Source: Salpingoeca rosetta (Eukaryota > Protista > Choanoflagellata). Taken from it: DNA of 64,000 bases. The number at the start of each line of letters is the position of its first letter. Position 1 is the stretch's first letter. Made by a program: the position numbers and the translations under genes. This document shows, piece by piece, positions 44,965 to 59,306 of the stretch. A model generated the notes under the pieces. It did no database searches and was not told the origin of the DNA. It saw only the letters and a list, made by a program, of their open reading frames with translations. The stretch covers positions 439,628-503,627 of the forward strand of contig JAWQFM010000006.1 of assembly GCA_033442325.1 (NCBI GenBank). The letters are read 5' to 3'.

Positions 44965-47900
44965 GTGCGCGTGTTTGTGTGTGTGCGTTCTGTCAGGCGT
45001 GATCTTGCTTCCTCGTAGCTAGCACGCTCTCAGTTGTGTTGTTCTGAATTTGTTGCTGTTGTTGCTGCGATGGGGACACGCGTGCTGACGTCGACACAAA
45101 CGCTGCCGCTTTGCGTTGATCATGTGCTGTCCACTGCCAGTCGTGGCGACTCCGTGCTGCACGTCAAGATCCAGAACACAGGCGATTTCTATGACCTGTA
45201 TGGCGGCGAGAAGTTTGCCAACTTGTCAGAGCTCATCTCATACTACACACAGGAGCACAACACGGTCAGTGTATGGCCATATCTGAGCATTGGGGAGGGG
45301 GTTGTCTGTTGTTGCGTTGCGTTGCGTTGTGGTGTGAGGGTGGGGGATGTGTGTGTGTGTGTGTGCAGTGTGTGTTTGTGTTGTGGACCCATGCACGTAT
45401 GCACTTACTGTGGTATGTGTTGCGTGTGTTCGTTACACTTCTGAGCTCACGTGCTTTCCTATGTTGCCCCCGCCTCCAGCTGAAAGAGAAAAACGGCAAT
45501 GAGATTGAGCTGCTGGACCCCCTCCTCTCGGAAGACCCGACATCAGAGAGGTGCACGCATAATCCACTGATACTCTTGCACTTGTTGTCACTCGTATCCA
45601 CTGGTCACACGGCGCTCACCACGTGTGTGTATGTATGTGTGTGTGTGTGTGTTGTGGTGTGTATTGTGGTGTGTATTGTGTTGTGCGTGTGCATTGTTGT
45701 GCGACTCTGGGTACACAATGCTGCAGGTGGTTCCACGGCAACCTGTCGAGTCGGGAGAGCGAGGAGGCGCTGATGCAGCGCGGGCAGGACGGCTCGTATC
45801 TCGTGCGCACATCCTCCAGCCAGCCCGGTCGCTACGTCCTCACCGTCAGGTATCCATCTGAACACACACACACACACACATACACACACATACACGCACA
45901 CACATACACACACATACACGCACACACATACACACACATACACGCACACACACACATGTCACATGACGATCATTGGCATGCGTGAATGGTGGTGGTGTGG
46001 TGGTGATGAGTGGAATTACAGACCACACGTATGTGTGTGTGTGTGTGCAATCAGACGAGTGTCGCGTTGCCCTCACGCTGTCCCAACTGTTGGCGCTGCC
46101 CTTGCCATCAGGGTGAAGAACGAAGTGACGCATATCATGATCCGTGCCGGTCGCGGCGTGTATGATCTTGGTGGCGGACAGCAGTTCTGCGACCTCGCTT
46201 CCCTCAGTGCGTTGTACAGCATGTACATACGCTGTGTGTGTATGTGTTTGCGTGTATTATGTATCTGTGTGTGTAGATGTGTATGTATGTATGTATGTGT
46301 GTGTGTGCAGATGTATGTATGTATGTATGTATGTGTATGTATGTGTATGTATGTATGGTATGTATGTATGTATGTATGTATGTATGTATGTATGTATGTA
46401 TGTATGTATGTATGTGTGTGTGTGTGCAGATGTATGCATGTATGTGTGTGTGCATGTATTTTTTTGTTCATATCTGTGTGTCGTGCACGCATCTTCCGTC
46501 ATTGCCTTCAAAGTGGGCGTCTTTCAGCATGCCCGCCTCTGCGCCTTTCTTCCCCCCCCCCTTCTGTTTGGCTGCACACCACATTGTGACTCTGCTAACT
46601 TGACTCGCCATGACCTGCACCTCACGCAATGCTTCTTCGCTTTGCCCCTTCCCTATACACATCACCCTCTCGCTGCAGTTGAGCACTACAAGAAGCATCC
46701 GATTATTGAGGCCAACAGCCGCGTGGTGAAGCTGGTGTACCCCTTCAACGCAACCCGCCTCACCCTCTCCGCCATCGCAGGCAGATTCGACGAGCTCTCA
46801 AAGGTGCCATGATCGTGGTTGTCATAGTGGTGCTGCCGCTCATGGTGGTTGTGCTCATGGTGGTGGTGCTCCTGCTGACAAGCTGGCCTTTGCGCTCTGG
46901 TCGTCTTATGTCCCCCCCACCACCACCACCACCCATCACGTCTTGCTGTGTGCGCAGGAGTCTGACGATGTTGGGGCGCGGGCCGGGTTCTTTGAAGAAT
47001 TCGAGCAGTTGCAGCAGATGGAGGCACAGTTTCTCGAGAAGCCGCGCATTGAGGGCACCCGTCCAGAGAACAAGCCCAAGAACAGATACAAAAACATCCT
47101 CCCTTGTGCGTGCATGCATGCGTGCGCACATGCATGCACGCGCTTGCGTGCACGTGTACACGTGTGCGGAGCAGCCTGTCCGTCTTGTGTTTTCTCTTCA
47201 CACGCACCCCTACCGAAACACTCACCAAGAGTCATATGCACCCCCCCCCAACACAAAACGCACACACTCACCAAAACACTCACACACACAAACACCAAAA
47301 GCAAACCACACACTCACACACACACACATGTACCCACACATGCTCTCACTGGCGGTTGACGTGCCGCTGCGTGTGTGTTTGCAGACGATGAGACGCGTGT
47401 GAAGTTGCGTGATGTCGGACCGGAAGTTGGCGCCGATTACATCAACGCGAATTACGTCAACGGCGAGGCTGCTGGCACCAACCACGCCTACATTGCGTCA
47501 CAGGGCTGCATGCCCACAACCGTGCCCTCCTTCTGGCAGATGATCTGGGAGAACGATGGTGCGCGTGTGTACATGTGTGTGTGCGTGTGTGTGTGTGTCG
47601 GTGTTCTCTGTGTGTGAGTGTGTGTTCTGTGTCTGTGTGTGTCTGTGTCTGTGTGAGACTGTCCCAGAATATGTCTTTGCGAGAACCCCTGTCTTCACAT
47701 CACTGCCCTCCACATCCCCCAGCAATCGCACCCATCATCACAAAGCCTTAACACCCATCCTCCTCACATCCTCGTCACATCCCCCTTCAACTACCACCTC
47801 CCAGTTCACATTGTGGTGATGGTGACGAAGGAGGTTGAGCGCGGGCGCCACAAGTGCACACGCTACTGGCCTGACAACGCCGGGGACAGCGCCGACTACG

Positions 47901-47971
47901 GCGGCTTCCGCGTGCTGATGCAGGCCGAAGAGGACAGGGGCCCTTTCATTATCCGCACCCTCGTCGTCCAG

Positions 47972-48006
<35 letters not shown>

Positions 48007-48458
48007 TGTATGTCTGTGTGTGTGTGTCTGTGTGTCTGTGTGTCTGTGTGTGTGCAGTTTTACACGTGCGTGCGCTCACTCGTCGTGCATGTACTGGCGT
48101 GTGTGTGTGTGTGTGTGCGTGTGTGTGTGCGTGTGTGTGCGTGTGTGTTTTACGCGCTTGCCTGTGCAGGCTCTGACCCTGCGCGGACGGTGTATCAGTA
48201 CCACTACACCAACTGGCCGGACCACGGTGTTCCCGACGATGCAGAGATTCTCAGCCTTCTCCTCACGGTCCGCGAACACAATAAAGACGTCAAGGAGAAG
48301 AGCCAGCGTCCTGTCGGGCCCCTCCTCGTCCATTGCAGGTGCTGATCCCGTGCATGTGTGTGTGCATGTGTGTGTGTGTGCTGTCTTCTCTTGCGTACAT
48401 CTGGGCCTGTGGTTTGAAACGCGTGTACGTCGTGCCCGTGCTTATATTGCATTTTGAC

Positions 48459-48525
<67 letters not shown>

Positions 48526-48692
48526 AACAAACAAACAAACAAACAAACACCGCCACTCTTTTGTGTGCAGTGCTGGTATTGGGCGAACGGGCACCATCAT
48601 CGTCATCGACATCATCATGGACAAGATTGAGCAAGAAGGTGCGAGCAGCTGTTGGTTGTGACTGCTGCTGCTGCTGATGATGATGATGATGA

Positions 48693-48743
<51 letters not shown>

Positions 48744-48948
48744 AGGGAAAGGTTTGTGTGGTGTGCATTGGGGGATGGCAGCATGACATGCACGTGTTGT
48801 GTGGTGTATCACGTGACCAGCATCCCAACTCATGCATGGGCGGTGCACACCGTTTGTGTCCTTGTTCTGCAGGCACTGGGATTGATGTTGACATCCAAAA
48901 GAGCATCCAGGGGATCCGTGCACAGCGCTCTGGCATGATCCAGACGGC

Positions 48949-49001
<53 letters not shown>

Positions 49002-49348
49002 GTCTGTGTGTCTGTGTGTCTGTGTGTCTGTGTGTGGGGTGGTGGAGGCTGTGCTGGTTGGGGACACGTTGTCATGGCTGGTGGCGTGCATGTCACACAC
49101 CAAGCACATGTGCACACGCATGTGCACACTTGCCAACTCTCACATCAACTTGCACACACACACACACATACACATACACACACATGTAAACACCAATGTC
49201 ACGCACACGCAAACAGGCGCAGTATCGGTTTGTGTACAAGGCGATCCTGGACCACATCAACAACCTTCGCTCGGTGATGGAGGGTGGTGACGTGACGACA
49301 GACCGACAACTGTACGAAGACCTCGTCCTCCGCCAGAAGAAATTCTGA
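44593..49348 (+). CDS. PTPN11: SH2-SH2-PTP tyrosine phosphatase, SHP2/SHP1 ortholog
   Basis: MARR|[43 protein letters not shown]; second SH2 [15 protein letters not shown]; [38 protein letters not shown]|[16 protein letters not shown]|AQYRFVY; TGA at 49346-49348. Confidence 0.95.
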
Positions 49349-49804
49349 CCCACAACACCTTTCTCGTCTTCTGCGACTGCGTCTGTGCTTTGGCACGCGC
49401 GCGCGCGCGTGTGTGTGCGCGCGCGTGTGTGCGTGTGCATGTGTGTGCGTGTGTGTTTGCATGTGTGTGCGTGTCTTGGTTTGCCTTGTTCTCTACTTCC
49501 TCCTCTTGTGCGTCTGCATTGAATGAACCAACACGACGTTGATGGAGGATCAATCGACCACATGATAGGAAGTGTTGCATAGTGCTAGAGGTGTGTGTGT
49601 GTGTGTGTGTGTGTGTGTTGGGAACGGTGTGATGACGTTAAGCAATGCATTTACTGTTCCCATTTCAACAAGCCCTCAACGAAACAAAGAGACACACAGA
49701 CGATGTGCAACCGCAGAAAACACAAATGCGCACGTGTACACACACACATACACAATACACGTCATTCCAACACTGCAGGGTGCGTTGTTGCTGCGGGTCA
49801 GTGA

Positions 49805-50663
49805 TCAGTAGTACTTGAGCAGGTCTGGGCAGAGCTGTCTGCACTCCTCGCGACTCTTCAGGAAGCGACGGCGTCCGTCAAGATACCACATGGACTCTGA
49901 TGATGATGACGATAATGGTGGTGGTGGTGGTGAGGGAACGGATGTATAAGTGTGAAACGAGCAAAGGCAGAACACGAACACAACACGACACGAACACACA
50001 AACACAAACAAACAAACAAACAAACAAACACATACTCATCATCACAACACAGAGCAAGTCGCACCCTCGTATGTCCTGGGGAGAACCGTGGGCACGGTCG
50101 GGTGAGGCGCAGAGAACGTAAAGTGGAACGTGTTGGTCACTTTGCTCTGGCCAGTCCTGGAGTGCGGGAGGGGGGAGGGGCAAAACCATACGCGTGCACA
50201 GATGACATCAACACCGAAGATGACAATAACAACAGCAGTGCTTTGTCGTCCCGTTTGCTCCTCCTCCACCCCTCCATATCCGCGTCCACATTCGCACACC
50301 TACGCACACACACACACACACCAAAGCAAACACATACACACACCTACGCAAACACACACACACACACACATACACACACACAGGCATGCACCGTCAGCAG
50401 CAGCCGTGCTCACGTTGGGCTGATGACTTCAGCGCGGACATCGACTTGCAGGGCGCGGCTGTCATTCCCCGGTGCGTATGTGATCATGGAAGAGAACGTG
50501 AGCAGGGATCCAATCTCAACCGGGTGCTGGAATGAAATGTCGTCCACGGCAAGCAGGAATGGGTGCTGTTGACACACAGAACACAGGTTGGTGCGGATTT
50601 GGTGGGAACGTGAGGCAGCTGAAGTGAGTGTGACACGTCCCTGGACGATCCCAATAGTGCAAG

Positions 50664-50699
<36 letters not shown>

Positions 50700-50793
50700 A
50701 CACACACAGGTTTTGATGTACGTCCTTAACGGCGAGCACAGCAGTCATCCATCCAATCTCAAACGCCTCCCGCATGATGAAGCCGCCAAAGAT

Positions 50794-50839
<46 letters not shown>

Positions 50840-53254
50840 CACAAACAAACACACACGCACAAACAAACACGTGCACGCAAGGCTGGTGAGCACAGAGCGA
50901 GCAATGCTGTTTGGATGTGTATGGGTACAAGTCGAGAATGACTGAGCACAGAGGTGTTGAACATAAAGGCAACTCACGCTGTTGTGAATGTTGCGTTCAA
51001 TCGGGTGACACATGCGCATGGACTGGCGCTGCGTATCCACCCTGGTGAAGAAGAGCACACGCAGGGGTGGTGGGGGTCGAGGGGTGACATTCGTCCAGCA
51101 GACGTGCATCGCAGACAACAAGATAGAGTGACAAAGAGAGGTGATTGTCCCCAAAACACACACACACATGCACACGTCAAGCAGGCGTCAAGCAGGCGTC
51201 GAGGGTCAACGCGCTGATGAGCACCGCAACAGACACCCACGTTTCCACGCCACGAACCCGACATGTGCACACACGTACATCCACAATGTGTCGAGCGGGC
51301 GCTTGCGAGTGGTGTCCTTGGAGCGGAGATAGAGATCATGCACAATCAATCGCTCCTCCTCCGTCGGCGGCTGGCGGTGCACAGACTGCTCCCGCTCGCG
51401 CTGTACACGCGTGGTGGATGATATTGTTGGTGGTGTTGGCGTCAGTGATTGGTGTTAGGGTTGTTGTGTATGTGTGTGTATGTGTGTGTATGTGTGTGGT
51501 TGAAGCAGAGCAACGCTATGAGTGTGTGTGTGCGTGCGTGAGAGAGAGAGGTAGGCAGGCAGCCGGCGTGCATCCTGCTGTGATGCGGTACCTTTCTGAC
51601 ACGCTTGTTGTGCTCGCCGAGTTTCATGATCTCCTCCTCCTCTGGTGTTGTTGCCTTGAGCTTGTTCACGGGGTACGCTGACTTGGTCACGGGATCGCGC
51701 GCCACCATCGTGAACGTGGCAACCTGAACGCCAACCACACAGCAAGCGCACACGCGCACATGTGAGTGTGGAGGAAGGGCGGGGTTGCGTACATGTAAGC
51801 TGCTTGTGCAGCACACATCAAACTACCACACGTGTCCCTCTCCAACTCAACCGCGTGTGACTTGCTTGCTTCCTTCAAACAGTGCGTGCAAAGTGCCTTG
51901 TTTGTACCATGACTTTGTCGCGCTCCTCTGGTGCCGTGTCGCTGTCTGTGTCAACGGTCACAGATATTTCCATGGAAGACGAACCGACGTACGACACGTG
52001 TCCAAACATGCGGTAGTCCCTTCCACATGGATAAAAAGGTGTGCGTGTGTGTTAATGTGCGCGCATGTGTGTGCGTGCGTGCGTGTGTGTGTGCGTGCAT
52101 GTGTGTGTGCGTGCATGTGTGTGTGTGTGTATTTGTGTGTGTGTGTNNNNNNNNNNNNNNNNNNNNNNNNNNNNNNNNNNNNNNNNNNNNNNNNNNNNNN
52201 NNNNNNNNNNNNNNNNNNNNNNNNNNNNNNNNNNNNNNNNNNNNNNNNNNNNNNNNNNNNNNNNNNNNNNNNNNNNNNNNNNNNNNNNNNNNNNNNNNNN
52301 NNNNNNNNNNNNNNNNNNNNNNNNNNNNNNNNNNNNNNNNNNNNNNNNNNNNNNNNNNNNNNNNNNNNNNNNNNNNNNNNNNNNNNNNNNNNNNNNNNNN
52401 NNNNNNNNNNNNNNNNNNNNNNNNNNNNNNNNNNNNAGCAAGGGACCAAGCAAGCCAAAGCCAGCAAGGGTTACCTGCTTGCCGCAGTGCTTGAGGAGGG
52501 TGATGCGGTCAACGGATGCAGTGACGATAGTCAGGGGACCGTAGTGGGTCGTGTCGTCACAGTGGCGATAGGCGATGGTGCCGGCGAGGGCATCCAGGTC
52601 CTCCAGAATCTTTCCGACGCGGATGGAGCCTGCATAGGTCAGGTATTCTTCCTGCAGTAACTTGTCTGTGGAGAATGGCAGGCACACCTCCGTGTAGCTG
52701 TCAGCCATGGTCTTTGTCAAGACCTGGGACGGCTTGTGGGCATCCTCCTTTGTGATGGAATTGCGTGCGCGCCACAACTTGTTGGTGATACTGGACCTCT
52801 ATATGTGTGTATGCGTGTGTATGCGTGTGTATGCGTGTGTATGCGTGTGTATGTGTGTGTATGTGTGTGTATGTGTGTGTATGTGCGTGTATGTGCGTGT
52901 ATGTGTGTTTATGTGTGTTTGCAACGAAAGCTGCGGCAAGGTGTGCTCACCAGCATTCACACACGCGCGCGCACGCACACACGCGCACACACACTCACAC
53001 GCACACACTCACACACACACTCACACACTCACACGCACACACTCACACACACACGCACAACTACCACTAGCAAGCCGCACCGGTCGAACTTCTCCGAGGA
53101 CAGAAGCCAGGTCGTCTCTTGAGGAGGAAAGCGAAGCCGATGGCGAGGAGGAGAGGAGCCGCACACCGGCCACACGAGCAACGGCCGCGGTCTGCTGACG
53201 ATGCCGAAGCACCACTCCAGCAACAGCCCGCAATCCACCACCCGCAACCATCAT
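49805..53254 (-). CDS. ACOT9: Mitochondrial double-hotdog acyl-CoA thioesterase (ACOT9-like)
   Basis: Arg/Ser/Ala-rich targeting peptide; [55 protein letters not shown]|[50 protein letters not shown]. Confidence 0.9.
52147..52436. other. Assembly gap (290 N) inside ACOT9; may hide a small exon
   Basis: N run. The flanking exons appear phase-incompatible: phase-0 donor after ..KHCGKQ, but the next exon starts one base before the DYRMFGH codons. Confidence 0.8.
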
Positions 53255-53615
53255 TGTCGTTGCTTTCCTTGCTTGCTTGAGGGGCTACGGAAAATTTACT
53301 GAAGTCTTTCACTGTTCATCGCCGAGGAAGGACTGCCCACGTTGGTTCTGTTGTTGTTGCTGTTGCTTGAGGTCGTCGTCGTCGTGTAGGCTTCTCAGCT
53401 TCTCTGGTGCTGTTGTTGCGGCTGCCTGTAAAGCCCGACAGAAGAGCACAGTTGATGCATTCGGGAGAGTGCATTGGACGTAGGGACGTGTATTGGATGG
53501 TATGGCGTTCATGTGAATGTGTTCATGTCTGTCACTGTATTTATGCAAACAAAAAAATGCAAAGAATAAATTACACAACAATGCACACCATGTCTGCAGT
53601 GTCTGCGTGTCCCAT

Positions 53616-54082
53616 TCACGATTCCGAATGTCCAACCCCTTCTGGGTCCTCCTCCTCCTCCTCCTCACCACCACCACCATCACCATCATCATCATCGTCG
53701 TCATCCTCACCACCACCACCATCACCATCACCATCAGCAGCGCTCGCACACGCTGGTGTTTTGAACTGCAGATGATACAGCTCTGATATCTATACGAGAA
53801 GAGATCCATCAGCGCAGCGCAGCACAGCACACAGACATTTGCGACGGTGAGGAAGCAGCTTTTTTTGACAGCAAACGCAAGCAAACCACGCACACACAAG
53901 CAGTGGCGAAACCATGCACACACGCTCTGGCACTCTTCATACTTGTGTGGAGGTTGTCGCCTCCTCCGGTGTCTTGTCCTCTCGCTTGCGGATGAACCTG
54001 GCAGCACAACAACCACACCTCAGCTGTGAGAATGATGCAGTGCAGCAGCGCGGTGCAAGCGCAGCAAGGCCACCACCCCCCC

Positions 54083-54117
<35 letters not shown>

Positions 54118-54871
54118 CGTCTGTCATGTACCCAAGAGCACAGAGCTAGATGCAGATTATGCACATTGCGCCTCTCCCCACCTGCCGAAAGCTGTCACAA
54201 CAGTGCAGCATCGCATTACACAGAGCATGACCACCACCACCACCACCACCACCACCACCACCACCACCACAGTGCTACCAACGCACCGCGGGAAGCGCAG
54301 GGAAATGCCTGCACCAGGTCGATCTGCAACAGCGCCCCTGGCGGCGGTGTGCGCTGGCGACGCCGTAAAGTCGGCTCCCTTGATCTCCCACACCTGATCG
54401 GAGTGAAAGCACAGGCAGACGCGCACAAACTTGTGAAGTCGCTGAACACGCAGCAGTGAGTAAAGCAGCAGGCGGCAACGGGTTGCACGCAGCGAGAGGG
54501 ACAGATTGAAACTGCGCAAGCACGACTGCGCAAGCACACACACGCACACACACACACAGACGCAAACTAGCAGACACACCTCGACCGAGTCAAACCAGAC
54601 GCTGGGCGACATTTGGGCGCTGACGTCGTAGTAGCTTCGCTTGGCGTCAATGACATGCTTCTCTTTGAACAGTGCCGTTGTCGTCTTGTAAAACTCGTCC
54701 GTGAACCCAGACATCACCTTCAATACCAAGTGTGAAGGAGCAGGCGAGAGACAGGGGGGGGGGGTGTAGACATGTTGCAGCATCAGCACGGAGTGATTAG
54801 TACAGGTAACTGCACAGCAAGCAACCACAACAAAGGCAAAAAAAACCGCAAACAAGCACACACACATACAC

Positions 54872-54956
<85 letters not shown>

Positions 54957-55898
54957 AAACACCAACCTTGCAAACGGATTGATAGGTCTCTGTTTCTTCG
55001 TCATAGCAGGCGAGGAGGAAAGGGGAGAACCAGCCTGCCTTGCGGCCGTTGCCCCACCACGCGCCAATCACAACCAAATCAAGGCTGTCGCTCAACCCTT
55101 CCACGTAGTCTTTCTTCACCTGTCACAACACACGGCCACAAAACCACAACACACGGCCAAAATATGCTATGAACGCGTGCATATGATTACAGCGACTCAT
55201 GCTCAGCTGTGCCAACAGCATATGCTCTCTTGCCAATGCTTACGGAAAGTGGAGTGCAATGCACACCCACACATACACATACGCATACACACACACACAC
55301 ACACCACAGAACAACGAACACGATTCCCAAGCAAAGGTGACCAGTGAGTGGCACAGACCTTGAGCCAGTTTTCGCAGCGCTTGGATGGTTGATATGTGGA
55401 GAGGGCATACAAGTCGTCGCTGTCACTGCCTTGATTCTTGACAGTCTTCTTTCCGTGGGACGTGGTGGCTGCAAACACATGCACAAGTAGGAAAGGTAAG
55501 CAGATGTTTTCTGTCCCTGCAAGCATACCTAAAGCACTTGCACGCACAGAGTTGTACCGAAAACACACCAAACGTACACACATGTACACACGTACACACA
55601 CACACACACACACATGTACACACACGTACACACACACACACACACGTACACACACACACACACACGTACGCACACACACACACGCGTGCATAAACAAAGG
55701 CACACGTACTGTCGTCTGCTGCTGGGATCATTTCAGGACCAAGTACCTTAATCATCAATCCTTCGCACCTGTTGTGGCAGGCAGTTGTGCCAGAGCATGC
55801 TCGAGTGTGATTGGCTGGTGGCGGATGCAGGTGACCGCGCACGTGCAATAGCAGACGCTTAGTTGCAATCGACATGGGATGCCGCAACTGCAAGCAGA

Positions 55899-55946
<48 letters not shown>

Positions 55947-55965
55947 ACACACACACAGACACACA

Positions 55966-56012
<47 letters not shown>

Positions 56013-57179
56013 GCACACAAAACAACACACGCGTACTTGGCATCGAGAGCAGCGTGCAGGAACTCGCGCAAGGGCTGTGGGCTGTGTGAGCCATCGGGTT
56101 TGCACTGAAACGTTTTGGCCGTGACCAGCTGCAATCGGTTGGGAAGCATTGTGAACGTGTCTTGCAGCAGCTTCCGCCGGAGTCTGTGGACACACGTCGC
56201 CATGAACACATGTAATCAAAACAGTGAGGTGACATGTGGGCCTGGGCGAAGCCAGTGAAATGACCACCCGCAATAGTGCAAAGCGCCCACATGTCAGCAC
56301 GTCCCACCCCTTCAGCGAAAGTGAAACACCGCGTGTACCTGAACGGGTGCTTGAGTAACGACGCGCCGTTGTGATGCATGATGTCAAACAGGTGGACGCG
56401 CACGCGAATGGACACGGAGCTGCCATCGACATTCTTGCGCGCGCGGTTCATGAGCGTCTGAAACGGAAGCATGGTCCCGTCCTCCGTCACCGCAACAATC
56501 TCCGCATCTGATGACCACGACAACAGAGGCGGTGACAATGATGATGACGATGATGATGACGATGATGATGACGATGATGATGATGATGACGATGATGGAG
56601 GGGATGACAGCAAACGGCACGGTCCGGTGCAAGGTCGGAGAACGACGAGGCAAGGTGCGTGTATCCGTGTTGGGTATGTGTGATTGTCACGAACAACACG
56701 CAATCCACCCAACACACATTTGGCCACATCCACGAATCCATGCAGTGCTCAGCACGTACACACACACACACACAGACACACACACACACACAGACACACA
56801 CACACACAGACACACACAGACACACACACACACACACACGAATACACACACGTACCAAGAACGCAGCTTGAGATGGCCAAGGCATTGCTATCGCCATCAA
56901 CAGCCAGTGCATCCAGAACGCTTTCAAGCGCGTCCGGGTAGCGGTCCGTCATATTCTCCAAGTGGCGGCTGAACATGTGCAGCGTGGCTGCGGACCTGAT
57001 GCGTGGACGTGGGCACAGCACATGTGGGGGGGGGGATGGGAGGGTTGAATCGGTGGCTAGTGCGACGAAGCTGTCACTTGAAACGTAACTTGCAGACAAC
57101 TGGGCAGACACAAGATATGTGCATGCACACGCACACACAAACACAAACACAAACACAAACAAACAAACAAACAAACAAA

Positions 57180-57220
<41 letters not shown>

Positions 57221-57691
57221 CAGCAGACCTTTGTCTGGTGGGAGCGTCAATGTGAATCTGCGCACGCACACCGTCGTATTTGAATTCCGCCTGGAAGTTT
57301 TTTCCGCGCAGCCGCTCCAAAGCATCGGCGAGATCGCGTGTGATTTTTCCGAGCATGGGGCGTACGGGGACGCCCGGGTGTGCCTGCGTTCGCGCCGCAA
57401 GCTCATCAAAGCACCCGGGACTCAGCAGCGCACTTGTGGTTGGTTGGACGATGGTACATGTGCATGTGTGCGGGAGGAGAAGGGAGGGAGAAGGAGTGTG
57501 AGTGTCAGCATGGTGGCGCGGTGTTGTGACAAAAGTATGGGCAAGATGGGTGCGGGTGCGTTGGTTGGGGGTTCGAGTACAGCAACACATGCACTGAACC
57601 CACGTAACAAGCAGACAAGTAACAGATAAAACAGATGTTGTTACACACAGTGAACTCCCCCCCCCCCAAACACGCACACACAAACACGCAC

Positions 57692-57753
<62 letters not shown>

Positions 57754-57757
57754 ACAA

Positions 57758-57813
<56 letters not shown>

Positions 57814-58206
57814 ACAGCGCAACGCGACTTTATACGCTATGTGTGGCTCACGTGAGGATGGTTTCCCAGCACGGGTGCCGCGCGTACGCGTCCTTGACAC
57901 GCTGTGCAGCCTCATCGGGTGCAATGTGCGTTTGGCGTCGGTACTCGCGGATTGCGTGGCCGACAGCGACCTGCAGCGTCAGTCCAACAGCACCGATGCG
58001 CAAATTTGCTGGGCGAATATCAAGTTGTGTGTGTGTGTGTGTGTATGTGTGTGTGTGTGTGTGAAGTGGTGTTGGAGGATGTGTTGTGCGAGAGGAGCCC
58101 GGACAAGCATCCCAGCACATATTCGCACACGTACAAGCCTGCTCATAGATGAATGCACAAATCAAACCAGGCAAGGAGAAAGCGATTCACGAAACCACAG
58201 GCATTC

Positions 58207-58246
<40 letters not shown>

Positions 58247-58275
58247 CTTAAACAACAACAACAACAACAACAACT

Positions 58276-58324
<49 letters not shown>

Positions 58325-58820
58325 CTTAAACAACAACAACTTAAACAACAGCAGCAACAGCAGCAGGAAATGGGCCGTACAGATGAGGGTTCTGACGAGG
58401 AATCGGATCTCGGGCCCGCGACAGCTCACGAGCAGTTTGTGCACGAGCGCTTGCTTCTGCTTCACTGATCCCGGGCCCTTCATTACCGCGATGCGGTGAA
58501 GATCACGGAAGAGCGCTGGCGGCGTGAGGAGACACAAGACAAGGCGTGACAACATGGCAAGGATGAGAAAAGAACGGCGGAAGAAGGCCGAGAAAAGAAA
58601 TCAACGGGGTGAAGCGTGGAAAGCGTGTCATCCATCAAGCCACTCGACTTGTTCTCCTCCTCCCACCGCTCCGATCATTGCGCTGCTGCCACCGTACCTT
58701 TGATCTGGAGCGGTCTTGGCCGAAAGAGGGTGCGCACGCTTGATCGCGCCTTGAAGGCGACGTCCCCCAAATCGCCCAATTCCTTGTAATCGCTGCGCAT
58801 TTGCTGACGCGATCGCCCTG

Positions 58821-58868
<48 letters not shown>

Positions 58869-59271
58869 ATACAGAGAGAGGTGTGTCAACTCTTGTGCGT
58901 ACACGATATCAAGCCCACCACGCGTGGCAGAGAACAAACACGGGGCGTTGCACAAGAACGAAGGAAATCATCACTCGCAGGTGCATCGAGCACCACTCCA
59001 CCACCCCATCGCTCCATCACACCATCGGTCTACATGACCGCTGCAGCGTCCCGCGTGTTTTGGTTCTCACACCTGTTGCGGTGCGGACGGCAGCTGCAAC
59101 CAGGCGCTCGCCAATACCCAGCTCGACGTTGCGGTAGGAGGGCGCAATGCTGTTGGTTGACAGATACACAGTCGCAATTAGCGCCTCGGTGTCAGGGGTG
59201 CCTGCAAGCAATGGTGATGGTGATGTGATGATTGCGACAAGCACATGAGCGCTTAGAATTCATCGTACACT

Positions 59272-59306
<35 letters not shown>

